A stretch of DNA of 64,000 bases, from the NCBI RefSeq assembly GCF_009914755.1, contig NC_060942.1; one strand, given 5' to 3'. The position numbers and the translations under genes are program-made. A model generated the notes under the pieces. It worked only from the letters and a program-made list of their open reading frames with translations. It was not told the DNA's origin and did no database searches. Position 1 is the first letter of the stretch. Every line of letters starts with the position of its first letter. This document shows positions 11,001-26,000 of this stretch, piece by piece. This DNA comes from the human T2T-CHM13v2.0 reference genome, Homo sapiens.

Positions 11001-14000
11001 AAGGAAATATCTTCCCATAACAACTAGACAGAAGCATTCTCAGAAACTAGTTTCTGATGTGTGTCCTCAACTAACACAGTTGAACATTTCTTTAGACAGA
11101 ACAGTTTTGAAACACTCTTTTTGTGGAATCTGCAAGTGGCTATTTGGCTAGATTTGAGGATTTCGTTGGAAACGGGATTACATATAAAAAGCAGTCAGCA
11201 GCATTCTCAGAAAGTTCTTTGTGATGATTGCATTCAAGTCACAGAATTGAACATTCCCTTTCACAGAGCAGGTTTGAAACACTCTTTTTGTAGTGTGTGT
11301 AAGTGGACATTTGGAGCACTTACCGGCCTAAGGTGAAAAAGGAAATAATCTTCCCATAAAAACTAGACAGAAGCATTCTCAGAAACTTACTCGTGATGTG
11401 TGTCCTCAACTAAAGGAGTAGAACCTTTCTTTTCATAGAGAAGTTTTGAAACGCTCTTTTTGTGGAATCTGCAAGTGGATATTTGGCTAGTTTTGAGGAT
11501 TTCGTTGGAAGCGGGAATTCATACAAATTGCAGACTGCAGCGTTCTGAGAAACATCTTTGTGATGTTTGTATTCAGGACACAGAGTTGAACATTCCCTAT
11601 CATAGAGCAGGTTTGAATCACTCCTTTTGTAGTATCTGGAAGTGGACATTTGGAGCGCTTTCAGGCCTATGTTGGAAAAGGAAATATCTTCCCATAACAA
11701 CTAGACAGAAGCATTCTCAGAAACTTATTTGAGATGTGTGTACTCAACTAAGAGAATTGAACCACCGTTTTGAAGGAGCAGTTTTGAAACTCTCTTTTTC
11801 TGGAATCTGCAAGTGGATATTTGGCTAGCTTTGGGGATTTCGCTGGAAGCGGGAATACATATAAAAAGCACACAGCAGCGTTCTGAGAAACTGCTTTCTG
11901 ATGTTTGCATTCAAGTCAAAAGTTGAACACTCCCTTTCATAGGGCAGTCCTGAAACACCCCTTTTGTAGTATCTGGAACTGGACTTTTGGAGCGATTTCA
12001 GGGCTAAGGTGAAAAAGGAAATATCTTCCCATAAAAACTGGACAGAAGCATTCTCAGAAACTTGTTTATGCTGTATCTACTCAACTAACAAAGTTGAACC
12101 TTTCTTTTGATAGAGCAGTTTTGAAATGGTCTTTTTGTGGAATCTGCAAGTGGATATTTGGCTAGTTTTGAGGATTTCGTTGGAAGCGGGAATTCATACA
12201 AATTGCAGACTGCAGCGTTCTGAGAAACATCTTTGTGATGTTTGTATTCAGGACACAGAGTTGAACATTCCCTATCATAGAGCAGGTTGGAATCACTCCT
12301 TTTGTAGTATCTGGAAGTGGACATTTGGAGCGCTTTCAGGCCTATTTTGGAAAGGGAAATATCTTCCCGTAACAACTATGCAGAAGCATTCTCAGAAACT
12401 TGTTTGTGATGTGTGCCCTCTACTGACAGAGTTGAACCTTTCTTTTCATAGAGCAGTTTTGAAACACTCTTTTTGTAGAATCTGCAAGAGGATATTTGCA
12501 TAGCTTTGAGGATTTCGTGGGAAACGGGATTGTCTTCAGGTAAAATCTAGACAGAAGCATTCTCAGAAACTTCTTTGGGATGTTTGCATTCAAGTCACAG
12601 AGTAGAACATTCCCTTTGGTAGAGCAGGTTTGAAACACTCTTTTTGTAGTATCTGGAAGTGGACATTTGGAGCGCTTTCAGGCCCATGTTGGAAAGGGAA
12701 ATATCTTCCCGTAACAACTAGGCAGAAGCATTCTCAGAAACTTATTTGAGATGTGTGTACTCAACTAAGAGAATTGAACCACCGTTTTGAAGGAGCAGTT
12801 TTGAAACACTCTTTTTCTGGAATCTGCAAGAGTATATTTGCCTAGCCTTGAGGATTTCGTTGGAAACGGGATTGTCTTCAGAGAAAATCTAGACAGAAGC
12901 ATTCTCAGAAACTTCTTTGGGATGCTTGCATTCAAGTCACAGAGTAGAACATTCCCTTTGGTAGAGCAGGTTTGAAACACTCTTTTTGTAGTATCTGGAA
13001 GTGGACATTTGGAGCGCTTTCAGGCCTACGTTGGAAAAGGAAATATCTTCCCATAACAACTAGACAGAAGCATTCTCAGAAACTAGTTTCTGATGTGTGT
13101 CCTCAACTAACACAGTTGAACATTTCTTTAGACAGAACAGTTTTGAAACACTCTTTTTGTGGAATCTGCAAGTGGCTATTTGGCTAGATTTGAGGATTTC
13201 GTTGGAAACGGGATTACATATAAAAAGCAGTCAGCAGCATTCTCAGAAAGTTCTTTGTGATGATTGCATTCAAGTCACAGAATTGAACATTCCCTTTCAC
13301 AGAGCAGGTTTGAAACACTCTTTTTGTAGTGTGTGTAAGTGGACATTTGGAGCACTTACCGGCCTAAGGTGAAAAAGGAAATAATCTTCCCATAAAAACT
13401 AGACAGAAGCATTCTCAGAAACTTACTCGTGATGTGTGTCCTCAACTAAAGGAGTAGAACCTTTCTTTTCATAGAGAAGTTTTGAAACGCTCTTTTTGTG
13501 GAATCTGCAAGTGGATATTTGGCTAGTTTTGAGGATTTCGTTGGAAGCGGGAATTCATACAAATTGCAGACTGCAGCGTTCTGAGAAACATCTTTGTGAT
13601 GTTTGTATTCAGGACACAGAGTTGAACATTCCCTATCATAGAGCAGGTTTGAATCACTCCTTTTGTAGTATCTGGAAGTGGACATTTGGAGCGCTTTCAG
13701 GCCTATGTTGGAAAAGGAAATATCTTCCCATAACAACTAGACAGAAGCATTCTCAGAAACTTATTTGAGATGTGTGTACTCAACTAAGAGAATTGAACCA
13801 CCGTTTTGAAGGAGCAGTTTTGAAACTCTCTTTTTCTGGAATCTGCAAGTGGATATTTGGCTAGCTTTGGGGATTTCGCTGGAAGCGGGAATACATATAA
13901 AAAGCACACAGCAGCGTTCTGAGAAACTGCTTTCTGATGTTTGCATTCAAGTCAAAAGTTGAACACTCCCTTTCATAGAGCAGTCCTGAAACACCCCTTT

Positions 14001-17000
14001 TGTAGTATCTGGAACTGGACTTTTGGAGCGATTTCAGGGCTAAGGTGAAAAAGGAAATATCTTCCCATAAAAACTGGACAGAAGCATTCTCAGAAACTTG
14101 TTTATGCTGTATCTACTCAACTAACAAAGTTGAACCTTTCTTTTGATAGAGCAGTTTTGAAATGGTCTTTTTGTGGAATCTGCAAGTGGATATTTGGCTA
14201 GTTTTGAGGATTTCGTTGGAAGCGGGAATTCATACAAATTGCAGACTGCAGCGTTCTGAGAAACATCTTTGTGATGTTTGTATTCAGGACACAGAGTTGA
14301 ACATTCCCTATCATAGAGCAGGTTGGAATCACTCCTTTTGTAGTATCTGGAAGTGGACATTTGGAGCGCTTTCAGGCCTATTTTGGAAAGGGAAATATCT
14401 TCCCGTAACAACTATGCAGAAGCATTCTCAGAAACTTGTTTGTGATGTGTGCCCTCTACTGACAGAGTTGAACCTTTCTTTTCATAGAGCAGTTTTGAAA
14501 CACTCTTTTTGTAGAATCTGCAAGAGGATATTTGCATAGCTTTGAGGATTTCGTGGGAAACGGGATTGTCTTCAGGTAAAATCTAGACAGAAGCATTCTC
14601 AGAAACTTCTTTGGGATGTTTGCATTCAAGTCACAGAGTAGAACATTCCCTTTGGTAGAGCAGGTTTGAAACACTCTTTTTGTAGTATCTGGAAGTGGAC
14701 ATTTGGAGCGCTTTCAGGCCCATGTTGGAAAGGGAAATATCTTCCCGTAACAACTAGGCAGAAGCATTCTCAGAAACTTATTTGAGATGTGTGTACTCAA
14801 CTAAGAGAATTGAACCACCGTTTTGAAGGAGCAGTTTTGAAACACTCTTTTTCTGGAATCTGCAAGAGTATATTTGCCTAGCCTTGAGGATTTCGTTGGA
14901 AACGGGATTGTCTTCAGAGAAAATCTAGACAGAAGCATTCTCAGAAACTTCTTTGGGATGCTTGCATTCAAGTCACAGAGTAGAACATTCCCTTTGGTAG
15001 AGCAGGTTTGAAACACTCTTTTTGTAGTATCTGGAAGTGGACATTTGGAGCGCTTTCAGGCCTACGTTGGAAAAGGAAATATCTTCCCATAACAACTAGA
15101 CAGAAGCATTCTCAGAAACTAGTTTCTGATGTGTGTCCTCAACTAACACAGTTGAACATTTCTTTAGACAGAACAGTTTTGAAACACTCTTTTTGTGGAA
15201 TCTGCAAGTGGCTATTTGGCTAGATTTGAGGATTTCGTTGGAAACGGGATTACATATAAAAAGCAGTCAGCAGCATTCTCAGAAAGTTCTTTGTGATGAT
15301 TGCATTCAAGTCACAGAATTGAACATTCCCTTTCACAGAGCAGGTTTGAAACACTCTTTTTGTAGTGTGTGTAAGTGGACATTTGGAGCACTTACCGGCC
15401 TAAGGTGAAAAAGGAAATAATCTTCCCATAAAAACTAGACAGAAGCATTCTCAGAAACTTACTCGTGATGTGTGTCCTCAACTAAAGGAGTAGAACCTTT
15501 CTTTTCATAGAGAAGTTTTGAAACGCTCTTTTTGTGGAATCTGCAAGTGGATATTTGGCTAGTTTTGAGGATTTCGTTGGAAGCGGGAATTCATACAAAT
15601 TGCAGACTGCAGCGTTCTGAGAAACATCTTTGTGATGTTTGTATTCAGGACACAGAGTTGAACATTCCCTATCATAGAGCAGGTTTGAATCACTCCTTTT
15701 GTAGTATCTGGAAGTGGACATTTGGAGCGCTTTCAGGCCTATGTTGGAAAAGGAAATATCTTCCCATAACAACTAGACAGAAGCATTCTCAGAAACTTAT
15801 TTGAGATGTGTGTACTCAACTAAGAGAATTGAACCACCGTTTTGAAGGAGCAGTTTTGAAACTCTCTTTTTCTGGAATCTGCAAGTGGATATTTGGCTAG
15901 CTTTGGGGATTTCGCTGGAAGCGGGAATACATATAAAAAGCACACAGCAGCGTTCTGAGAAACTGCTTTCTGATGTTTGCATTCAAGTCAAAAGTTGAAC
16001 ACTCCCTTTCATAGGGCAGTCCTGAAACACCCCTTTTGTAGTATCTGGAACTGGACTTTTGGAGCGATTTCAGGGCTAAGGTGAAAAAGGAAATATCTTC
16101 CCATAAAAACTGGACAGAAGCATTCTCAGAAACTTGTTTATGCTGTATCTACTCAACTAACAAAGTTGAACCTTTCTTTTGATAGAGCAGTTTTGAAATG
16201 GTCTTTTTGTGGAATCTGCAAGTGGATATTTGGCTAGTTTTGAGGATTTCGTTGGAAGCGGGAATTCATACAAATTGCAGACTGCAGCGTTCTGAGAAAC
16301 ATCTTTGTGATGTTTGTATTCAGGACACAGAGTTGAACATTCCCTATCATAGAGCAGGTTGGAATCACTCCTTTTGTAGTATCTGGAAGTGGACATTTGG
16401 AGCGCTTTCAGGCCTATTTTGGAAAGGGAAATATCTTCCCGTAACAACTATGCAGAAGCATTCTCAGAAACTTGTTTGTGATGTGTGCCCTCTACTGACA
16501 GAGTTGAACCTTTCTTTTCATAGAGCAGTTTTGAAACACTCTTTTTGTAGAATCTGCAAGAGGATATTTGCATAGCTTTGAGGATTTCGTGGGAAACGGG
16601 ATTGTCTTCAGGTAAAATCTAGACAGAAGCATTCTCAGAAACTTCTTTGGGATGTTTGCATTCAAGTCACAGAGTAGAACATTCCCTTTGGTAGAGCAGG
16701 TTTGAAACACTCTTTTTGTAGTATCTGGAAGTGGACATTTGGAGCGCTTTCAGGCCCATGTTGGAAAGGGAAATATCTTCCCGTAACAACTAGGCAGAAG
16801 CATTCTCAGAAACTTATTTGAGATGTGTGTACTCAACTAAGAGAATTGAACCACCGTTTTGAAGGAGCAGTTTTGAAACACTCTTTTTCTGGAATCTGCA
16901 AGAGTATATTTGCCTAGCCTTGAGGATTTCGTTGGAAACGGGATTGTCTTCAGAGAAAATCTAGACAGAAGCATTCTCAGAAACTTCTTTGGGATGCTTG

Positions 17001-20000
17001 CATTCAAGTCACAGAGTAGAACATTCCCTTTGGTAGAGCAGGTTTGAAACACTCTTTTTGTAGTATCTGGAAGTGGACATTTGGAGCGCTTTCAGGCCTA
17101 CGTTGGAAAAGGAAATATCTTCCCATAACAACTAGACAGAAGCATTCTCAGAAACTAGTTTCTGATGTGTGTCCTCAACTAACACAGTTGAACATTTCTT
17201 TAGACAGAACAGTTTTGAAACACTCTTTTTGTGGAATCTGCAAGTGGCTATTTGGCTAGATTTGAGGATTTCGTTGGAAACGGGATTACATATAAAAAGC
17301 AGTCAGCAGCATTCTCAGAAAGTTCTTTGTGATGATTGCATTCAAGTCACAGAATTGAACATTCCCTTTCACAGAGCAGGTTTGAAACACTCTTTTTGTA
17401 GTGTGTGTAAGTGGACATTTGGAGCACTTACCGGCCTAAGGTGAAAAAGGAAATAATCTTCCCATAAAAACTAGACAGAAGCATTCTCAGAAACTTACTC
17501 GTGATGTGTGTCCTCAACTAAAGGAGTAGAACCTTTCTTTTCATAGAGAAGTTTTGAAACGCTCTTTTTGTGGAATCTGCAAGTGGATATTTGGCTAGTT
17601 TTGAGGATTTCGTTGGAAGCGGGAATTCATACAAATTGCAGACTGCAGCGTTCTGAGAAACATCTTTGTGATGTTTGTATTCAGGACACAGAGTTGAACA
17701 TTCCCTATCATAGAGCAGGTTTGAATCACTCCTTTTGTAGTATCTGGAAGTGGACATTTGGAGCGCTTTCAGGCCTATGTTGGAAAAGGAAATATCTTCC
17801 CATAACAACTAGACAGAAGCATTCTCAGAAACTTATTTGAGATGTGTGTACTCAACTAAGAGAATTGAACCACCGTTTTGAAGGAGCAGTTTTGAAACTC
17901 TCTTTTTCTGGAATCTGCAAGTGGATATTTGGCTAGCTTTGGGGATTTCGCTGGAAGCGGGAATACATATAAAAAGCACACAGCAGCGTTCTGAGAAACT
18001 GCTTTCTGATGTTTGCATTCAAGTCAAAAGTTGAACACTCCCTTTCATAGGGCAGTCCTGAAACACCCCTTTTGTAGTATCTGGAACTGGACTTTTGGAG
18101 CGATTTCAGGGCTAAGGTGAAAAAGGAAATATCTTCCCATAAAAACTGGACAGAAGCATTCTCAGAAACTTGTTTATGCTGTATCTACTCAACTAACAAA
18201 GTTGAACCTTTCTTTTGATAGAGCAGTTTTGAAATGGTCTTTTTGTGGAATCTGCAAGTGGATATTTGGCTAGTTTTGAGGATTTCGTTGGAAGCGGGAA
18301 TTCATACAAATTGCAGACTGCAGCGTTCTGAGAAACATCTTTGTGATGTTTGTATTCAGGACACAGAGTTGAACATTCCCTATCATAGAGCAGGTTGGAA
18401 TCACTCCTTTTGTAGTATCTGGAAGTGGACATTTGGAGCGCTTTCAGGCCTATTTTGGAAAGGGAAATATCTTCCCGTAACAACTATGCAGAAGCATTCT
18501 CAGAAACTTGTTTGTGATGTGTGCCCTCTACTGACAGAGTTGAACCTTTCTTTTCATAGAGCAGTTTTGAAACACTCTTTTTGTAGAATCTGCAAGAGGA
18601 TATTTGCATAGCTTTGAGGATTTCGTGGGAAACGGGATTGTCTTCAGGTAAAATCTAGACAGAAGCATTCTCAGAAACTTCTTTGGGATGTTTGCATTCA
18701 AGTCACAGAGTAGAACATTCCCTTTGGTAGAGCAGGTTTGAAACACTCTTTTTGTAGTATCTGGAAGTGGACATTTGGAGCGCTTTCAGGCCCATGTTGG
18801 AAAGGGAAATATCTTCCCGTAACAACTAGGCAGAAGCATTCTCAGAAACTTATTTGAGATGTGTGTACTCAACTAAGAGAATTGAACCACCGTTTTGAAG
18901 GAGCAGTTTTGAAACACTCTTTTTCTGGAATCTGCAAGAGTATATTTGCCTAGCCTTGAGGATTTCGTTGGAAACGGGATTGTCTTCAGAGAAAATCTAG
19001 ACAGAAGCATTCTCAGAAACTTCTTTGGGATGCTTGCATTCAAGTCACAGAGTAGAACATTCCCTTTGGTAGAGCAGGTTTGAAACACTCTTTTTGTAGT
19101 ATCTGGAAGTGGACATTTGGAGCGCTTTCAGGCCTACGTTGGAAAAGGAAATATCTTCCCATAACAACTAGACAGAAGCATTCTCAGAAACTAGTTTCTG
19201 ATGTGTGTCCTCAACTAACACAGTTGAACATTTCTTTAGACAGAACAGTTTTGAAACACTCTTTTTGTGGAATCTGCAAGTGGCTATTTGGCTAGATTTG
19301 AGGATTTCGTTGGAAACGGGATTACATATAAAAAGCAGTCAGCAGCATTCTCAGAAAGTTCTTTGTGATGATTGCATTCAAGTCACAGAATTGAACATTC
19401 CCTTTCACAGAGCAGGTTTGAAACACTCTTTTTGTAGTGTGTGTAAGTGGACATTTGGAGCACTTACCGGCCTAAGGTGAAAAAGGAAATAATCTTCCCA
19501 TAAAAACTAGACAGAAGCATTCTCAGAAACTTACTCGTGATGTGTGTCCTCAACTAAAGGAGTAGAACCTTTCTTTTCATAGAGAAGTTTTGAAACGCTC
19601 TTTTTGTGGAATCTGCAAGTGGATATTTGGCTAGTTTTGAGGATTTCGTTGGAAGCGGGAATTCATACAAATTGCAGACTGCAGCGTTCTGAGAAACATC
19701 TTTGTGATGTTTGTATTCAGGACACAGAGTTGAACATTCCCTATCATAGAGCAGGTTTGAATCACTCCTTTTGTAGTATCTGGAAGTGGACATTTGGAGC
19801 GCTTTCAGGCCTATGTTGGAAAAGGAAATATCTTCCCATAACAACTAGACAGAAGCATTCTCAGAAACTTATTTGAGATGTGTGTACTCAACTAAGAGAA
19901 TTGAACCACCGTTTTGAAGGAGCAGTTTTGAAACTCTCTTTTTCTGGAATCTGCAAGTGGATATTTGGCTAGCTTTGGGGATTTCGCTGGAAGCGGGAAT

Positions 20001-23000
20001 ACATATAAAAAGCACACAGCAGCGTTCTGAGAAACTGCTTTCTGATGTTTGCATTCAAGTCAAAAGTTGAACACTCCCTTTCATAGGGCAGTCCTGAAAC
20101 ACCCCTTTTGTAGTATCTGGAACTGGACTTTTGGAGCGATTTCAGGGCTAAGGTGAAAAAGGAAATATCTTCCCATAAAAACTGGACAGAAGCATTCTCA
20201 GAAACTTGTTTATGCTGTATCTACTCAACTAACAAAGTTGAACCTTTCTTTTGATAGAGCAGTTTTGAAATGGTCTTTTTGTGGAATCTGCAAGTGGATA
20301 TTTGGCTAGTTTTGAGGATTTCGTTGGAAGCGGGAATTCATACAAATTGCAGACTGCAGCGTTCTGAGAAACATCTTTGTGATGTTTGTATTCAGGACAC
20401 AGAGTTGAACATTCCCTATCATAGAGCAGGTTGGAATCACTCCTTTTGTAGTATCTGGAAGTGGACATTTGGAGCGCTTTCAGGCCTATTTTGGAAAGGG
20501 AAATATCTTCCCGTAACAACTATGCAGAAGCATTCTCAGAAACTTGTTTGTGATGTGTGCCCTCTACTGACAGAGTTGAACCTTTCTTTTCATAGAGCAG
20601 TTTTGAAACACTCTTTTTGTAGAATCTGCAAGAGGATATTTGCATAGCTTTGAGGATTTCGTGGGAAACGGGATTGTCTTCAGGTAAAATCTAGACAGAA
20701 GCATTCTCAGAAACTTCTTTGGGATGTTTGCATTCAAGTCACAGAGTAGAACATTCCCTTTGGTAGAGCAGGTTTGAAACACTCTTTTTGTAGTATCTGG
20801 AAGTGGACATTTGGAGCGCTTTCAGGCCCATGTTGGAAAGGGAAATATCTTCCCGTAACAACTAGGCAGAAGCATTCTCAGAAACTTATTTGAGATGTGT
20901 GTACTCAACTAAGAGAATTGAACCACCGTTTTGAAGGAGCAGTTTTGAAACACTCTTTTTCTGGAATCTGCAAGAGTATATTTGCCTAGCCTTGAGGATT
21001 TCGTTGGAAACGGGATTGTCTTCAGAGAAAATCTAGACAGAAGCATTCTCAGAAACTTCTTTGGGATGCTTGCATTCAAGTCACAGAGTAGAACATTCCC
21101 TTTGGTAGAGCAGGTTTGAAACACTCTTTTTGTAGTATCTGGAAGTGGACATTTGGAGCGCTTTCAGGCCTACGTTGGAAAAGGAAATATCTTCCCATAA
21201 CAACTAGACAGAAGCATTCTCAGAAACTAGTTTCTGATGTGTGTCCTCAACTAACACAGTTGAACATTTCTTTAGACAGAACAGTTTTGAAACACTCTTT
21301 TTGTGGAATCTGCAAGTGGCTATTTGGCTAGATTTGAGGATTTCGTTGGAAACGGGATTACATATAAAAAGCAGTCAGCAGCATTCTCAGAAAGTTCTTT
21401 GTGATGATTGCATTCAAGTCACAGAATTGAACATTCCCTTTCACAGAGCAGGTTTGAAACACTCTTTTTGTAGTGTGTGTAAGTGGACATTTGGAGCACT
21501 TACCGGCCTAAGGTGAAAAAGGAAATAATCTTCCCATAAAAACTAGACAGAAGCATTCTCAGAAACTTACTCGTGATGTGTGTCCTCAACTAAAGGAGTA
21601 GAACCTTTCTTTTCATAGAGAAGTTTTGAAACGCTCTTTTTGTGGAATCTGCAAGTGGATATTTGGCTAGTTTTGAGGATTTCGTTGGAAGCGGGAATTC
21701 ATACAAATTGCAGACTGCAGCGTTCTGAGAAACATCTTTGTGATGTTTGTATTCGGGACACAGAGTTGAACATTCCCTATCATAGAGCAGGTTTGAATCA
21801 CTCCTTTTGTAGTATCTGGAAGTGGACATTTGGAGCGCTTTCAGGCCTATGTTGGAAAAGGAAATATCTTCCCATAACAACTAGACAGAAGCATTCTCAG
21901 AAACTTATTTGAGATGTGTGTACTCAACTAAGAGAATTGAACCACCGTTTTGAAGGAGCAGTTTTGAAACTCTCTTTTTCTGGAATCTGCAAGTGGATAT
22001 TTGGCTAGCTTTGGGGATTTCGCTGGAAGCGGGAATACATATAAAAAGCACACAGCAGCGTTCTGAGAAACTGCTTTCTGATGTTTGCATTCAAGTCAAA
22101 AGTTGAACACTCCCTTTCATAGGGCAGTCCTGAAACACCCCTTTTGTAGTATCTGGAACTGGACTTTTGGAGCGATTTCAGGGCTAAGGTGAAAAAGGAA
22201 ATATCTTCCCATAAAAACTGGACAGAAGCATTCTCAGAAACTTGTTTATGCTGTATCTACTCAACTAACAAAGTTGAACCTTTCTTTTGATAGAGCAGTT
22301 TTGAAATGGTCTTTTTGTGGAATCTGCAAGTGGATATTTGGCTAGTTTTGAGGATTTCGTTGGAAGCGGGAATTCATACAAATTGCAGACTGCAGCGTTC
22401 TGAGAAACATCTTTGTGATGTTTGTATTCAGGACACAGAGTTGAACATTCCCTATCATAGAGCAGGTTGGAATCACTCCTTTTGTAGTATCTGGAAGTGG
22501 ACATTTGGAGCGCTTTCAGGCCTATTTTGGAAAGGGAAATATCTTCCCGTAACAACTATGCAGAAGCATTCTCAGAAACTTGTTTGTGATGTGTGCCCTC
22601 TACTGACAGAGTTGAACCTTTCTTTTCATAGAGCACTTTTGAAACACTCTTTTTGTAGAATCTGCAAGAGGATATTTGCATAGCTTTGAGGATTTCGTGG
22701 GAAACGGGATTGTCTTCAGGTAAAATCTAGACAGAAGCATTCTCAGAAACTTCTTTGGGATGTTTGCATTCAAGTCACAGAGTAGAACATTCCCTTTGGT
22801 AGAGCAGGTTTGAAACACTCTTTTTGTAGTATCTGGAAGTGGACATTTGGAGCGCTTTCAGGCCCATGTTGGAAAGGGAAATATCTTCCCGTAACAACTA
22901 GGCAGAAGCATTCTCAGAAACTTATTTGAGATGTGTGTACTCAACTAAGAGAATTGAACCACCGTTTTGAAGGAGCAGTTTTGAAACACTCTTTTTCTGG

Positions 23001-26000
23001 AATCTGCAAGAGTATATTTGCCTAGCCTTGAGGATTTCGTTGGAAACGGGATTGTCTTCAGAGAAAATCTAGACAGAAGCATTCTCAGAAACTTCTTTGG
23101 GATGCTTGCATTCAAGTCACAGAGTAGAACATTCCCTTTGGTAGAGCAGGTTTGAAACACTCTTTTTGTAGTATCTGGAAGTGGACATTTGGAGCGCTTT
23201 CAGGCCTACGTTGGAAAAGGAAATATCTTCCCATAACAACTAGACAGAAGCATTCTCAGAAACTAGTTTCTGATGTGTGTCCTCAACTAACACAGTTGAA
23301 CATTTCTTTAGACAGAACAGTTTTGAAACACTCTTTTTGTGGAATCTGCAAGTGGCTATTTGGCTAGATTTGAGGATTTCGTTGGAAACGGGATTACATA
23401 TAAAAAGCAGTCAGCAGCATTCTCAGAAAGTTCTTTGTGATGATTGCATTCAAGTCACAGAATTGAACATTCCCTTTCACAGAGCAGGTTTGAAACACTC
23501 TTTTTGTAGTGTGTGTAAGTGGACATTTGGAGCACTTACCGGCCTAAGGTGAAAAAGGAAATAATCTTCCCATAAAAACTAGACAGAAGCATTCTCAGAA
23601 ACTTACTCGTGATGTGTGTCCTCAACTAAAGGAGTAGAACCTTTCTTTTCATAGAGAAGTTTTGAAACGCTCTTTTTGTGGAATCTGCAAGTGGATATTT
23701 GGCTAGTTTTGAGGATTTCGTTGGAAGCGGGAATTCATACAAATTGCAGACTGCAGCGTTCTGAGAAACATCTTTGTGATGTTTGTATTCGGGACACAGA
23801 GTTGAACATTCCCTATCATAGAGCAGGTTTGAATCACTCCTTTTGTAATATCTGGAAGTGGACATTTGGAGCGCTTTCAGGCCTATGTTGGAAAAGGAAA
23901 TATCTTCCCATAACAACTAGACAGAAGCATTCTCAGAAACTTATTTGAGATGTGTGTACTCAACTAAGAGAATTGAACCACCGTTTTGAAGGAGCAGTTT
24001 TGAAACTCTCTTTTTCTGGAATCTGCAAGTGGATATTTGGCTAGCTTTGGGGATTTCGCTGGAAGCGGGAATACATATAAAAAGCACACAGCAGCGTTCT
24101 GAGAAACTGCTTTCTGATGTTTGCATTCAAGTCAAAAGTTGAACACTCCCTTTCATAGGGCAGTCCTGAAACACCCCTTTTGTAGTATCTGGAACTGGAC
24201 TTTTGGAGCGATTTCAGGGCTAAGGTGAAAAAGGAAATATCTTCCCATAAAAACTGGACAGAAGCATTCTCAGAAACTTGTTTATGCTGTATCTACTCAA
24301 CTAACAAAGTTGAACCTTTCTTTTGATAGAGCAGTTTTGAAATGGTCTTTTTGTGGAATCTGCAAGTGGATATTTGGCTAGTTTTGAGGATTTCGTTGGA
24401 AGCGGGAATTCATACAAATTGCAGACTGCAGCGTTCTGAGAAACATCTTTGTGATGTTTGTATTCAGGACACAGAGTTGAACATTCCCTATCATAGAGCA
24501 GGTTGGAATCACTCCTTTTGTAGTATCTGGAAGTGGACATTTGGAGCGCTTTCAGGCCTATTTTGGAAAGGGAAATATCTTCCCGTAACAACTATGCAGA
24601 AGCATTCTCAGAAACTTGTTTGTGATGTGTGCCCTCTACTGACAGAGTTGAACCTTTCTTTTCATAGAGCACTTTTGAAACACTCTTTTTGTAGAATCTG
24701 CAAGAGGATATTTGCATAGCTTTGAGGATTTCGTGGGAAACGGGATTGTCTTCAGGTAAAATCTAGACAGAAGCATTCTCAGAAACTTCTTTGGGATGTT
24801 TGCATTCAAGTCACAGAGTAGAACATTCCCTTTGGTAGAGCAGGTTTGAAACACTCTTTTTGTAGTATCTGGAAGTGGACATTTGGAGCGCTTTCAGGCC
24901 CATGTTGGAAAGGGAAATATCTTCCCGTAACAACTAGGCAGAAGCATTCTCAGAAACTTATTTGAGATGTGTGTACTCAACTAAGAGAATTGAACCACCG
25001 TTTTGAAGGAGCAGTTTTGAAACACTCTTTTTCTGGAATCTGCAAGAGTATATTTGCCTAGCCTTGAGGATTTCGTTGGAAACGGGATTGTCTTCAGAGA
25101 AAATCTAGACAGAAGCATTCTCAGAAACTTCTTTGGGATGCTTGCATTCAAGTCACAGAGTAGAACATTCCCTTTGGTAGAGCAGGTTTGAAACACTCTT
25201 TTTGTAGTATCTGGAAGTGGACATTTGGAGCGCTTTCAGGCCTACGTTGGAAAAGGAAATATCTTCCCATAACAACTAGACAGAAGCATTCTCAGAAACT
25301 AGTTTCTGATGTGTGTCCTCAACTAACACAGTTGAACATTTCTTTAGACAGAACAGTTTTGAAACACTCTTTTTGTGGAATCTGCAAGTGGCTATTTGGC
25401 TAGATTTGAGGATTTCGTTGGAAACGGGATTACATATAAAAAGCAGTCAGCAGCATTCTCAGAAAGTTCTTTGTGATGATTGCATTCAAGTCACAGAATT
25501 GAACATTCCCTTTCACAGAGCAGGTTTGAAACACTCTTTTTGTAGTGTGTGTAAGTGGACATTTGGAGCACTTACCGGCCTAAGGTGAAAAAGGAAATAA
25601 TCTTCCCATAAAAACTAGACAGAAGCATTCTCAGAAACTTACTCGTGATGTGTGTCCTCAACTAAAGGAGTAGAACCTTTCTTTTCATAGAGAAGTTTTG
25701 AAACGCTCTTTTTGTGGAATCTGCAAGTGGATATTTGGCTAGTTTTGAGGATTTCGTTGGAAGCGGGAATTCATACAAATTGCAGACTGCAGCGTTCTGA
25801 GAAACATCTTTGTGATGTTTGTATTCGGGACACAGAGTTGAACATTCCCTATCATAGAGCAGGTTTGAATCACTCCTTTTGTAGTATCTGGAAGTGGACA
25901 TTTGGAGCGCTTTCAGGCCTATGTTGGAAAAGGAAATATCTTCCCATAACAACTAGACAGAAGCATTCTCAGAAACTTATTTGAGATGTGTGTACTCAAC

